This document shows positions 1-8,033 of a DNA stretch of 64,000 nt, in pieces (position 1 is the first letter of the stretch; each line of letters starts with the position of its first letter). The notes under the pieces were generated by a model that saw only the letters and a list, made by a program, of their open reading frames with translations, was not told where the DNA came from and did no database searches. The stretch lies in assembly GCF_000165485.1 (NCBI RefSeq), contig NC_014623.1:4914893-4978892 (forward strand), in the 5' to 3' direction. Source of the DNA: Stigmatella aurantiaca DW4/3-1. Its GTDB lineage: Bacteria; Myxococcota; Myxococcia; Myxococcales; Myxococcaceae. The position numbers and the translations under genes were made by a program.

Positions 1-74
1 TGGAGAACGCGAAGAACGAGATCGCGTACTTCTTCCGCGAGACCGAGATCCACGCGTACACGCACCAGAAGTAA
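1..74 (+). CDS. 3' end of an unidentified gene (partial; ...ENAKNEIAYFFRETEIHAYTHQK*)
   Basis: Open frame from the window edge to TAA at 72-74. Too short to assign a product. Confidence 0.3.
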   Translation, partial: ENAKNEIAYFFRETEIHAYTHQK

Positions 75-152
75 TTCACAGCCTGTGTGTTGGACTCCGG
101 CCCGGTGCCCGCGCTCAGAGCGCAGGCCCGGGCCGCTGTCTTTGAGGGCCCT

Positions 153-1079
153 TCAGGGGGATGAGGGTTGCGGTGGACCGATGTCCCTCAGGCACAGCTC
201 CGCCATGCGCTCCAGCAGCCACCGGGTGGCGGGGCCCTTGGCGAGATCCGGCCGGTGCACGATGGACAGCGAGAGGATCCAGTCGTCCTCGCCCCAGGCC
301 GAGGGCCGGATGCGCACCAGCCGGCCGCTGGCGAGATCCTCCAGGACGAGGTGCTCGGGCATGTTGCCCCAGCCCAGGCCCGCCCGGAGAAAGGCGTGCT
401 TCGTATTGAGATCCGCGACGCGCCAAACGTTGGAGGAGAGCAAGCCCTGATCCGCCGTCGGGCGTGAGCCTCCGCGCTCGCTCAGCACGATGTTGACGTA
501 CTCGGCGAGGACTTGGGTGGCCACGGGCCCCTGGATCTGGGCGAGGGGATGGTGTTTGGCGGCGACCGGAATCAGCCGCACCGTGGAGATGTGCTGGCGT
601 TCGAGCCCTTGCGTCTGCGCGGCCGGGCCCACCACGCCAATCTGGCAGACGCCATCGAGCACCAGGGACGACACCGCGGACAGCGTGTCCGCGTACAGGC
701 GAAGCTGCACGGTGGGGAACTTCACCGCGAACTCCCGGCAGAGATCGACGAGCGCGCGCGTGGGCAGGATGACGTCGACCGCCAGGGAGATGCTGGGCTC
801 GAGTCCGCCCACGAGCCCCTCGGCCGTCCGCTTGAAGGCGTCGACATCGGAGCAGATGCGCCGGGCGGCCGTGAGCAGCACGCTGCCCTCTTCGGTGAGC
901 GTGGGAATCTTGGTCGAGCGATCCCAGAGCTGGACGCCCAACTGGGCCTCGAGGTTCGCCATGGCATGGCTGACCGCGGACTGGACTCGCCGGAGTTTCC
1001 TCCCCGCCGCCGAGAAGCTGCCTTCGTCGACGACGGCGACGAAGGTGCGGAGTTGATCCAATGTGATGGCGTCAAACAT
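153..1079 (-). CDS. LysR-family transcriptional regulator
   Basis: 308 aa. N-terminal HTH 'LDQLRTFVAVVDEGSFSAAGRKLRRVQSAVSHAMANLE' is typical of LysR, followed by a substrate-binding-type C-terminal domain. Confidence 0.85.
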   Translation of the reverse strand: MFDAITLDQLRTFVAVVDEGSFSAAGRKLRRVQSAVSHAMANLEAQLGVQLWDRSTKIPTLTEEGSVLLTAARRICSDVDAFKRTAEGLVGGLEPSISLAVDVILPTRALVDLCREFAVKFPTVQLRLYADTLSAVSSLVLDGVCQIGVVGPAAQTQGLERQHISTVRLIPVAAKHHPLAQIQGPVATQVLAEYVNIVLSERGGSRPTADQGLLSSNVWRVADLNTKHAFLRAGLGWGNMPEHLVLEDLASGRLVRIRPSAWGEDDWILSLSIVHRPDLAKGPATRWLLERMAELCLRDIGPPQPSSP

Positions 1080-1097
1080 GCGGCGGGGAGGATGCCA

Positions 1098-1658
1098 TCA
1101 CCGGTTCGTGGGGGCGTACAGCCATCGTGAGAGCAACCCGGTCAGACGGGGCATGATGAACCAGGTCAGCGCCGCCACCGGAATGGCGGTCGAGACGGAG
1201 ACCGCTACGAGGCGAGGGAGCGTCTTGGGCAGCAGTGAGCCCAGGATGAGCGCCTGGGGCAGCAGGGCAAGCCACGTCACGAGGGCCATCTTCCACTTGG
1301 GAGGCACCGCCTTCGCGGGCATCCCCGGCACTGTGAACCAGGTCTCCAGGCCTGTCCGGACGACCGGTTGTTCCAGGGGGGTGGCATGCGCTTCACCGGC
1401 CCGGAGCAGCTCCACGACTTCGGGCAGCGACTGCCAGTGCGAGAGCGCGCTCTGGCTCTCGAAGCGCAAGAGGATGAAGTAGTCCCCTTCGCCCGCCTTG
1501 AACACGCTCGAGCCCTGCAAGGCCGGGTGCTGGGCCGCCGTCTTCATCAGCGCCTTGAGCCACTGCTCGAAGGCTGGTTGCGCACCAGGCTTGATGCGCC
1601 GCTCCAGCACGATCTTGACGGGCTCGGTGGCCGACCCGTCGATCTTCAGCACTTCCAT
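1098..1658 (-). CDS. ABM (antibiotic-biosynthesis-monooxygenase-like) domain protein with C-terminal membrane helices
   Basis: Internal Met 'MEVLKIDGSATEPVKIVLERRIKPGAQPAFEQWLKAL...' placed just downstream of the upstream gene stop at 1693. ABM-like ferredoxin-fold N-terminus, then two hydrophobic helices (LVTWLALLPQALILGSLL / AVSVSTAIPVAALTWFIM). The longer ORF to 1799 would overlap the upstream gene. Confidence 0.55.
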   Translation of the reverse strand: MEVLKIDGSATEPVKIVLERRIKPGAQPAFEQWLKALMKTAAQHPALQGSSVFKAGEGDYFILLRFESQSALSHWQSLPEVVELLRAGEAHATPLEQPVVRTGLETWFTVPGMPAKAVPPKWKMALVTWLALLPQALILGSLLPKTLPRLVAVSVSTAIPVAALTWFIMPRLTGLLSRWLYAPTNR

Positions 1659-1692
1659 GAACCAGTCCTTTCCATGAAGTCTTGTCCGGCGC

Positions 1693-3513
1693 TCAGAACA
1701 CGAAGCAGTCGCAGCCGCTCCCACTGCCCCAGAGCGAGGGAGGGGGAGTGAAGGGGTGCGCGTGAACGTGGGAGTGCGCGTGGGCATGGGAATGCGCATG
1801 GGCCGGGGAGGCGGAGGCTCCCGGCAGATCTCCCGAGGCCGCGACCGGAGACCAGCCAGGGCTCACGGGGGGAAGGGGAGGCGCCAGGGGGCCAAACTTG
1901 CCCGAGCCGTAGACGGCCTTTCCATCCACCACGGTCAAGACTGACTGGAGCTGTTTGATCTCCTCCTCGGGCACCGAGAAGTAGTCGGCGGAGAGCACCG
2001 CGAAGTCGGCGAACTTGCCCTCGGCGAGGGTGCCCTTGTCCTGGTCTTCACCGGAGAACCAGGCGCTGCCTTGCGTGTAGAGCCGCAGCGCCTCTTCCCG
2101 GCTCATCCGGTTGGAGGCGGGGTACAGCGAGGCGCCGCCCACGGTCTTGCCCGTCACCAGCCAATACAGCGAGACCCACGGGTTGTAGCTGGCCACGCGC
2201 GTCGCATCGGTCCCCGCGCCCACCGGGATTCCCAGGTCGAGCATGCGCCGGATGGGAGGGGAGTGGGCGGCGGCGTCCGCGCCGTAGCGGGCGATGAAGT
2301 GCTCGCCCTGGAAGGCCATCCGGTCCTGGACGGCGATGCCCCCTCCGAGGGCCCGGGTGCGCTCGAGGTTCCGGGGAGTGATGGTCTCCGCATGGTCGAA
2401 CCACCAGCGGAGCCCCTGGAAGGGCACGTCGCGGTTCACCTTCTCGAAGACGTCCAGGAAGCGCGTGATGGATTCATCGTAGGTGGCGTGCAGCCGGAAG
2501 GGCCACCGGTGCTCGGCGAGGTGGCGGACCACCGTCTCCAACTCGTCCTCGAGCGAGGCGGCCAGATCGGGCCTGGGCTCGAGGAAGTCCTCGAAGTCGG
2601 CGGCGGAGAAGACCAGCATCTCGCCCGCCCCGTTCATCCGGTAGAAGGCATCGCCTTGCCCCGGGCGGACCATGGCGGTCCACTTGCGGAAGTCCTCGAT
2701 CTCCTGCTTGGGCCGCTGCGTGAAGAGGTTGTAGGCGATCCGCACCGAGAGGAGCCCCTGCTGGTGCAGCTCCTCGACGGCCTTGTAGTCGTCGGGATAG
2801 TTCTGGAACCCGCCGCCCGCGTCGATGACGCTCGTGAGCCCCAGGCGGTTGAGCTCCCGCATGAAGTGGCGGGTCGAGTTCAGCTGATCCTCGTAGGAGA
2901 GCTTCGGGCCCTTGGCGAGCGTCGAATAGAGGATCGCGGCGTTGGGCTTGGCGATGAGCAGGCCCGTGGGGTTGCCGTTCCGGTCGCGCTGGATCTCGCC
3001 CCCTGGGGGGTTGGGCGTGTCGCGGGTGTAGCCCACGGCGCGCAGCGCGGCCCCGTTCAGGAGCGCCATGCCGTACAGGTACAGAATGAAGACCGGCGTC
3101 TCTGGGGCCGCGGCGTTGATCTCCTCGAGCGTGGGCATCCGCCGCTCGGCGAACTGGAACTCATTCCAGCCGCCGACCACCCGCACCCACTGCGGCGGAG
3201 GCGTCCGCTGTGCCTGCGCGCGGAGCTTGCGCAGTGCATCCGCGAGCGAGGGAACCCCATCCCAGCGAAGTTCAAGATTGAAGTTCAGCCCACCCCGGAT
3301 GGTGTGAATGTGAGAGTCAATGAGCCCCGGGATGACCGTGCGGCCTTCGAGGTCGATGACCTGGGTGGCAGGCCCTTTCTGGGCCATGACCTCCTGCTCA
3401 CTTCCGAGGGTGGAGAACCGGCCGTGCGTGATGGCGGCCGCGGTGGCGTTCGCCTTCCGGGCATCGCCCGTGAAGAACCGGCCGTTCTTGAGGATGAGGT
3501 TCGCGGTGCTCAT
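1693..3513 (-). CDS. Amidohydrolase-family (Amidohydro_3-like) metal-dependent hydrolase with His-rich C-terminal tail
   Basis: 606 aa. 'GLIDSHIHTIRGG' metal-binding HxH motif and general amidohydrolase architecture. C-terminus 'HAHSHAHAHSHVHAHPF' is a His-rich tail. Confidence 0.8.
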   Translation of the reverse strand: MSTANLILKNGRFFTGDARKANATAAAITHGRFSTLGSEQEVMAQKGPATQVIDLEGRTVIPGLIDSHIHTIRGGLNFNLELRWDGVPSLADALRKLRAQAQRTPPPQWVRVVGGWNEFQFAERRMPTLEEINAAAPETPVFILYLYGMALLNGAALRAVGYTRDTPNPPGGEIQRDRNGNPTGLLIAKPNAAILYSTLAKGPKLSYEDQLNSTRHFMRELNRLGLTSVIDAGGGFQNYPDDYKAVEELHQQGLLSVRIAYNLFTQRPKQEIEDFRKWTAMVRPGQGDAFYRMNGAGEMLVFSAADFEDFLEPRPDLAASLEDELETVVRHLAEHRWPFRLHATYDESITRFLDVFEKVNRDVPFQGLRWWFDHAETITPRNLERTRALGGGIAVQDRMAFQGEHFIARYGADAAAHSPPIRRMLDLGIPVGAGTDATRVASYNPWVSLYWLVTGKTVGGASLYPASNRMSREEALRLYTQGSAWFSGEDQDKGTLAEGKFADFAVLSADYFSVPEEEIKQLQSVLTVVDGKAVYGSGKFGPLAPPLPPVSPGWSPVAASGDLPGASASPAHAHSHAHAHSHVHAHPFTPPPSLWGSGSGCDCFVF

Positions 3514-3516
3514 GGC

Positions 3517-4176
3517 TTATCGCTTTCCTTCGTTCGCCGACGCGCCGAGCATCGCCTTCGCGTAGGTCACCCCGGCCCCGTACGTTCCCGCGTGCTGCTT
3601 CACGATGGCGTTCACCGGGTCATAGGTCTCCTGGCGCGCCCAATCCCGCTGCATCTCCAGGAGGAACTGGAGCCAGGTGATGGGCGTGCCGCCCGCCTGG
3701 GCCACCCGCTGAATCGCCAGATCGTGGGCGACCTGGCTCGTGCCGCCGCAGGCGTCCGCGACGACGTAGACCTCGAAGCCCTCGCGGAGCGCGTCGAGCG
3801 CGGGGAACGCGATGCAGACCTCTGTCCAGAGCCCGGCGAGCACGACCTTCTTGCGGCCGGTCTTCTTGACGGCGTCGACGACCCGCTTGTCCTCCCAGGT
3901 GTTCATCGTGGTCCGGTCGATGATCGGCTCCTGGGGGAAGACCTCGGTGATCTGGCTGAAGGTGGGGCCGCTGAAGGTCTTCTCCGCCACCGAGGTCAGG
4001 ATGGTCGGGACCTTGAAGACCTTCGCGGCCTTCGCCAGGCCCGTGACGTTGTTCACGAGCAGCTGCCCATCGATGGATTTCACGCCGAAGGCCATCTGCG
4101 GCTGGAAGTCGATCAGCACGAGGACGCAGTTGCTGGGATCCAGCAGGGCGGGGACATTGCGAGGGGTGAGGCTCAT
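3517..4176 (-). CDS. Isochorismatase-family cysteine hydrolase
   Basis: 219 aa. 'CVLVLIDFQ...' start and the conserved layout of isochorismatase/YcaC-like hydrolases. 4-nt spacing to the amidohydrolase gene suggests an operon. Confidence 0.8.
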   Translation of the reverse strand: MSLTPRNVPALLDPSNCVLVLIDFQPQMAFGVKSIDGQLLVNNVTGLAKAAKVFKVPTILTSVAEKTFSGPTFSQITEVFPQEPIIDRTTMNTWEDKRVVDAVKKTGRKKVVLAGLWTEVCIAFPALDALREGFEVYVVADACGGTSQVAHDLAIQRVAQAGGTPITWLQFLLEMQRDWARQETYDPVNAIVKQHAGTYGAGVTYAKAMLGASANEGKR

Positions 4177-4381
4177 GGGGGGGTCCTTGTCGCTGGGGAG
4201 CGACCGTGTTGGTGTGAAAGCAAGCTACCGAGCGAGCAGACACACCGAAACCGCATTGTCTTCATGCTTTCCATCTGGTCCGCAGATGGATAGGGAGAAG
4301 GCCAGAGGGCGAGCCCTCCTTTGACTTGACGGCCACGGATGTGGGAAGGGACCCCCTTCTCCTTCTCGTTGAACGACGACA

Positions 4382-5527
4382 ATGGCCGAGCCCTCCGCGT
4401 CCCTCCCTGACACCACACCTCTCCCGGCCCCCGCGGCGCCGAAGCTCGTGGATGTGTCCAGCCTCACCCTGGAGGGGCTGGCCCGCTTTCTGACGGAGCA
4501 GCTGGGCGAGCGGGCGTTTCGAGCGGGGCAGGTCTACCGGTGGCTCCACCAGCGCGGCGTCACCTCGTTCGACGAGATGACGGACCTGTCCAAGGCGCTG
4601 CGCCAGAAGCTCAAGGAGCAGGCCGAGATCGTCCCCTTGGTGAAGGACCTGGAGCAGGTCTCCATCGACGGCACCATCAAGTACCGCTTCAAGACGCGCG
4701 ATGGGCGCTTCATCGAGTCCGTCTACATGCCCTCCGAGGACCGCAAGACGCTGTGCGTGTCCACCCAGGTGGGGTGCGCCATGAAGTGCTCCTTCTGCAT
4801 GACGGGCACCCTGGGGCTCAAGCGCAACCTGACGCCGGGAGAGATTGTCGCACAGGTGCACACCGTGAACCGGGAGGTCCGGGCGCGCGAGGGGCTGGAG
4901 ACTTATCGGCCGCTCTCCAACCTGGTGTTCATGGGCATGGGCGAGCCCCTGCACAACTTCGAGAACCTCAAGACGGCGCTCTCCATCCTCCAGTCCCAGG
5001 ACGGCCCCAACTTCTCCCACCGCCACATCACCGTCTCCACGGTGGGGCTGGTGCCGATGATTGAGCGCTTTGGCCAGGAGACGGACGTCAAGCTCGCCAT
5101 CTCGCTCAACGCCAGCACGGACGAGCAGCGCAACCAGACGATGCCCGTCAACCGCAAGTGGAACATCGAGGCCTTGCTGGAGGCCTGCCGCAAGTTCCCC
5201 CTGCGCCAGGGCCGGCGCATCACCTTCGAGTACGTGCTGCTCCGGGGCTTCAACGACAGCGACGAGGATGCCTACCGGCTGATCGAGCTGCTGCGGGGAA
5301 TCCCGGCCAAGGTGAATCTGATTCCCTACAATGAGAACCCTGGGTTGGGGTTCCACACCACCGGCGAGGAGCGGGCGGAGCAGTTCCGCGCCATCCTGGC
5401 CGAGGGCCACATCGCGGCGTTCATTCGCCAGAACCGGGGCCGGGACATTGCCGGTGCCTGCGGACAGCTTGCCAACCGGAGTGGGCAGGATGCCGCGCAG
5501 TCAACGCAAGCCCCCGAGCTTCCTTGA
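4382..5527 (+). CDS. rlmN: 23S rRNA (A2503-C2)/tRNA methyltransferase RlmN (radical SAM)
   Basis: 381 aa. 'CVSTQVGCAMKCSFCMTG' radical-SAM CxxxCxxC and overall RlmN/Cfr-family signature. Confidence 0.95.
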   Translation: MAEPSASLPDTTPLPAPAAPKLVDVSSLTLEGLARFLTEQLGERAFRAGQVYRWLHQRGVTSFDEMTDLSKALRQKLKEQAEIVPLVKDLEQVSIDGTIKYRFKTRDGRFIESVYMPSEDRKTLCVSTQVGCAMKCSFCMTGTLGLKRNLTPGEIVAQVHTVNREVRAREGLETYRPLSNLVFMGMGEPLHNFENLKTALSILQSQDGPNFSHRHITVSTVGLVPMIERFGQETDVKLAISLNASTDEQRNQTMPVNRKWNIEALLEACRKFPLRQGRRITFEYVLLRGFNDSDEDAYRLIELLRGIPAKVNLIPYNENPGLGFHTTGEERAEQFRAILAEGHIAAFIRQNRGRDIAGACGQLANRSGQDAAQSTQAPELP

Positions 5528-5535
5528 CAATCCCG

Positions 5536-5576
5536 AGGCAGGGGGGCTAATAGCGCGCCCTCCTCCATTTTTTTGT
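5536..5576 (+). terminator. Putative intrinsic terminator after rlmN (imperfect GC hairpin + T7 tract)
   Basis: 'caggggggctaatagcgcgccctcctccattttttt' lies immediately after the rlmN stop. Confidence 0.35.
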
Positions 5577-5607
5577 TTGGTTGCTCTGTTCACTGGAGTT
5601 CAAAGCA

Positions 5608-5865
5608 ATGGCCGTCGTCCTCCGTCTCGCCCGCGCGGGCGCCAAGAAGAAGCCGTACTACCACGTGGTCGCCACCGATTCCCGCAATCCCCGGGACGGT
5701 AAGTTCATCGAGGCCGTGGGGGCCTACGATCCGAACGAGAGCCCCCCGAAGGTGCTCTTCGACCAGGAGCGGCTCCAGTACTGGCTGAAGACGGGCGCGC
5801 TGCCTTCCGAGACCGTGGCCGACCTCATCAAGGTGGCTGCCAAGAACGCTCCTCCGGCGGCCTGA
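5608..5865 (+). CDS. rpsP: 30S ribosomal protein S16
   Basis: 'MAVVLRLARAGAKKKPYYHVVATDSRNPRDGKFIE' is canonical S16. Start taken at the internal ATG (5608). Confidence 0.95.
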   Translation: MAVVLRLARAGAKKKPYYHVVATDSRNPRDGKFIEAVGAYDPNESPPKVLFDQERLQYWLKTGALPSETVADLIKVAAKNAPPAA

Positions 5866-5886
5866 GCCGCCCTCGTCTGACTGGAC

Positions 5887-6168
5887 GTGGAGCAACTCGT
5901 TACGTATCTGGCGCGGGCCCTGGTCGATCAGCCGGACCAGGTCGGCCTGCGTGTGTCCGAGGTGGATGGCGCCCGGCTCTTCGAGCTGAAGGTGGCCCCC
6001 GAGGATGTGGGCAAGGTGATTGGCCGTGATGGGCGCACCGTGAACGCTCTCCGGACGCTGCTGGGGGCCGCGGCCCACAAGCAGGGCCAGAAGGCCCGCC
6101 TCGAAATCCTCGATGATCGGCGCGCGGCACAAGCGCCACCGGCCCCTCCGGGCCCTGAAGTCCCGTGA
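5887..6168 (+). CDS. KH-domain RNA-binding protein (UPF0109/YlqC-like)
   Basis: 93 aa with 'VGKVIGRDGRTVNALR' KH GxxG loop. Conserved position between rpsP and rimM. Confidence 0.85.
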   Translation: MEQLVTYLARALVDQPDQVGLRVSEVDGARLFELKVAPEDVGKVIGRDGRTVNALRTLLGAAAHKQGQKARLEILDDRRAAQAPPAPPGPEVP

Positions 6169-6686
6169 CCTCCCGGCCCTTGTTGGAGTTCGGCTATGTG
6201 GCCCGGGCTCACGGCATCCGGGGTGAAATCGCCATCCGCACGTTTGATGCCGCCTCGGAGGCGCTCGATGTGGTCGAGCGCCTCTCGGTCCGGACCCGGG
6301 CCGGGGAGGAGCGGGTGCTGCGCATCGAGGATGTGCGGCCCACGCCCAAGGAGAACATCGTCGCCCTGGAAGGGGTGGACACGCGGGAGGCGGCCGAGGC
6401 GCTCGTCGGGGCGGCGGTCTTCGCCTACCGGGAAGATCTCGAGCCTCCCCAGGAGGGAGAGTTCTTTCAGGGAGATCTCGTCGGGCTCACCGCCGTGGAT
6501 GAGGCGGGCCAGGCGCTGGGCACGGTGGAGGAGATCTGGAACACGGGCGAGGTGCCCAACCTCGTCATCCGGAGCGCGGGGCAGGCGGAGCTCATCGTCC
6601 CGTTCGCCGATGAGTTCGTCCCTTCGGTGGACTTGCCCCAGGGCAAGATCGTCATTCGCCCCCTCGACTACGAGGACGAGCGCTGA
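6165..6686 (+). CDS. rimM: 16S rRNA processing protein RimM
   Basis: 173 aa; '[16 protein letters not shown]' RimM N-terminal motif plus PRC-barrel C-terminus. 4-nt overlap with the KH gene. Confidence 0.9.
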   Translation: MTSRPLLEFGYVARAHGIRGEIAIRTFDAASEALDVVERLSVRTRAGEERVLRIEDVRPTPKENIVALEGVDTREAAEALVGAAVFAYREDLEPPQEGEFFQGDLVGLTAVDEAGQALGTVEEIWNTGEVPNLVIRSAGQAELIVPFADEFVPSVDLPQGKIVIRPLDYEDER

Positions 6687-7420
6687 TGTACCCGGTGGAG
6701 ATCCTCACGCTCTTTCCGGAGATGGTGTCTGGCTACGTGGGGCAGAGCATCCTGGGCAAGGCCCAGGAGCGGGGCAAGCTGTCCGTCACCGCCACGGACA
6801 TCCGGGACTACGCCGAGGGCAAGCACCGCGTGACGGACGACACCCCGTACGGGGGCGGCGCTGGCATGGTGATGAAGGTGGAGCCCCTGGTGGCGGCCAT
6901 CGAGGCGGCGCGGACCCGGCACCCCGGCGCGAAGGTGCTGCTCATGAGCCCCCGGGGGCCCACGTTCACCCAGGCCCGGGCCCGGGAACTGGTGGACCAC
7001 GCGCCGGGCCTCATCCTCGTCTGTGGCCGCTACGAGGGCGTGGACGAGCGGGTCATGGGCTTCCTCGACGGGGAACTGTCCTTGGGGGACTTCATCCTCA
7101 CGGGAGGCGAGGTGGCCGCCCTGGCGGTGGTGGACGCCGTCGCCCGGCTGCTCCCTGGGGTGCTGGGCAACCAGGCGTCCCATGTGAGCGAGAGCTTCGA
7201 GGAGGGGCTGCTGGAGCATCCCCACTACACCCGGCCTCCCGTGTTCCGGGGGGCGGAGGTGCCCGGGGTGCTCCAGTCGGGAGACCATGCCCGGATTGCC
7301 CGCTGGCGGCGCTGGAAGGCCTTGCACCTGACCCAGGAGCGCCGGGCGGACCTCTTTGCCCGCCTGGAGTTGGGGCTGGCCGATCGCAAGCTGTTCGGCC
7401 TACGGGAGGAAGACTTGTAA
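6686..7420 (+). CDS. trmD: tRNA (guanine37-N1)-methyltransferase TrmD
   Basis: 244 aa; '[13 protein letters not shown]...' and SPOUT-fold TrmD motifs. ATG overlaps the rimM stop (TGATG). Confidence 0.95.
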   Translation: MYPVEILTLFPEMVSGYVGQSILGKAQERGKLSVTATDIRDYAEGKHRVTDDTPYGGGAGMVMKVEPLVAAIEAARTRHPGAKVLLMSPRGPTFTQARARELVDHAPGLILVCGRYEGVDERVMGFLDGELSLGDFILTGGEVAALAVVDAVARLLPGVLGNQASHVSESFEEGLLEHPHYTRPPVFRGAEVPGVLQSGDHARIARWRRWKALHLTQERRADLFARLELGLADRKLFGLREEDL

Positions 7421-7532
7421 TGTCGGCGGGGGTTTGGGGCCGTGGGCTGATCTCCGGACTTGTCCAGCCCGCTGCTCTCTGCTAGTAGGCGCCCCTCTTA
7501 CTTTTTTGTCCGTACTACTCTCTGAGGTCGTC

Positions 7533-7925
7533 ATGCGTCGCAGCGCCATCGAACACGTCGAGTCCAAGTTTCTCCGCAAGGACGTGGCGGTTTTCCGGAC
7601 TGGGGACTCGGTCCGGGTTCACTGGAAGGTGAAGGAGGGCGAGAAGGAGCGCGTGCAGGCCTTCGAGGGCGTCGTCATCCGGAAGAAGAAGGGCAACAAC
7701 CGCTCCAGCTTCACCGTGCGCAAGGTCTCCTTTGGCGTCGGCGTGGAGCGCATCTTCCCCCTGCACAGCCCCCGCTACGAGCGCATCGAGGTCCTCTCGC
7801 GCGGCAACGTGAACCGCAACCGCCTCTTCTACCTCCGGGCCCTCAAGGGCAAGGCGTCCCGCGTGGACATCCAGGAGGAGAACACGGGCGACAAGAAGGC
7901 TCCCAAGGCGGCCGCCAAGGCCTAG
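7533..7925 (+). CDS. rplS: 50S ribosomal protein L19
   Basis: '[49 protein letters not shown]' is canonical L19. Start at the internal ATG (7533). Confidence 0.95.
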   Translation: MRRSAIEHVESKFLRKDVAVFRTGDSVRVHWKVKEGEKERVQAFEGVVIRKKKGNNRSSFTVRKVSFGVGVERIFPLHSPRYERIEVLSRGNVNRNRLFYLRALKGKASRVDIQEENTGDKKAPKAAAKA

Positions 7926-7934
7926 CCACCGAAG

Positions 7935-7954
7935 CGGGGTGCGAGCCCCGTTTT
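7935..7954 (+). terminator. Small hairpin + TTTT after rplS
   Basis: cgggg-tgcgag-ccccg followed by tttt. Confidence 0.4.
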
Positions 7955-7982
7955 CCGGGAAGTCTGCTTCACCCGAAAAGGG

Positions 7983-8010
7983 GTGTCCGTTCAAAGGACA
8001 CTCCTTTTTT
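7983..8010 (+). terminator. Rho-independent terminator of the rpsP-rplS operon
   Basis: GTGTCC-gttcaaa-GGACAC stem-loop followed by TCCTTTTTT. Confidence 0.6.
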
Positions 8011-8033
8011 CGTTCGCGCTAGCATGGGGGCGT

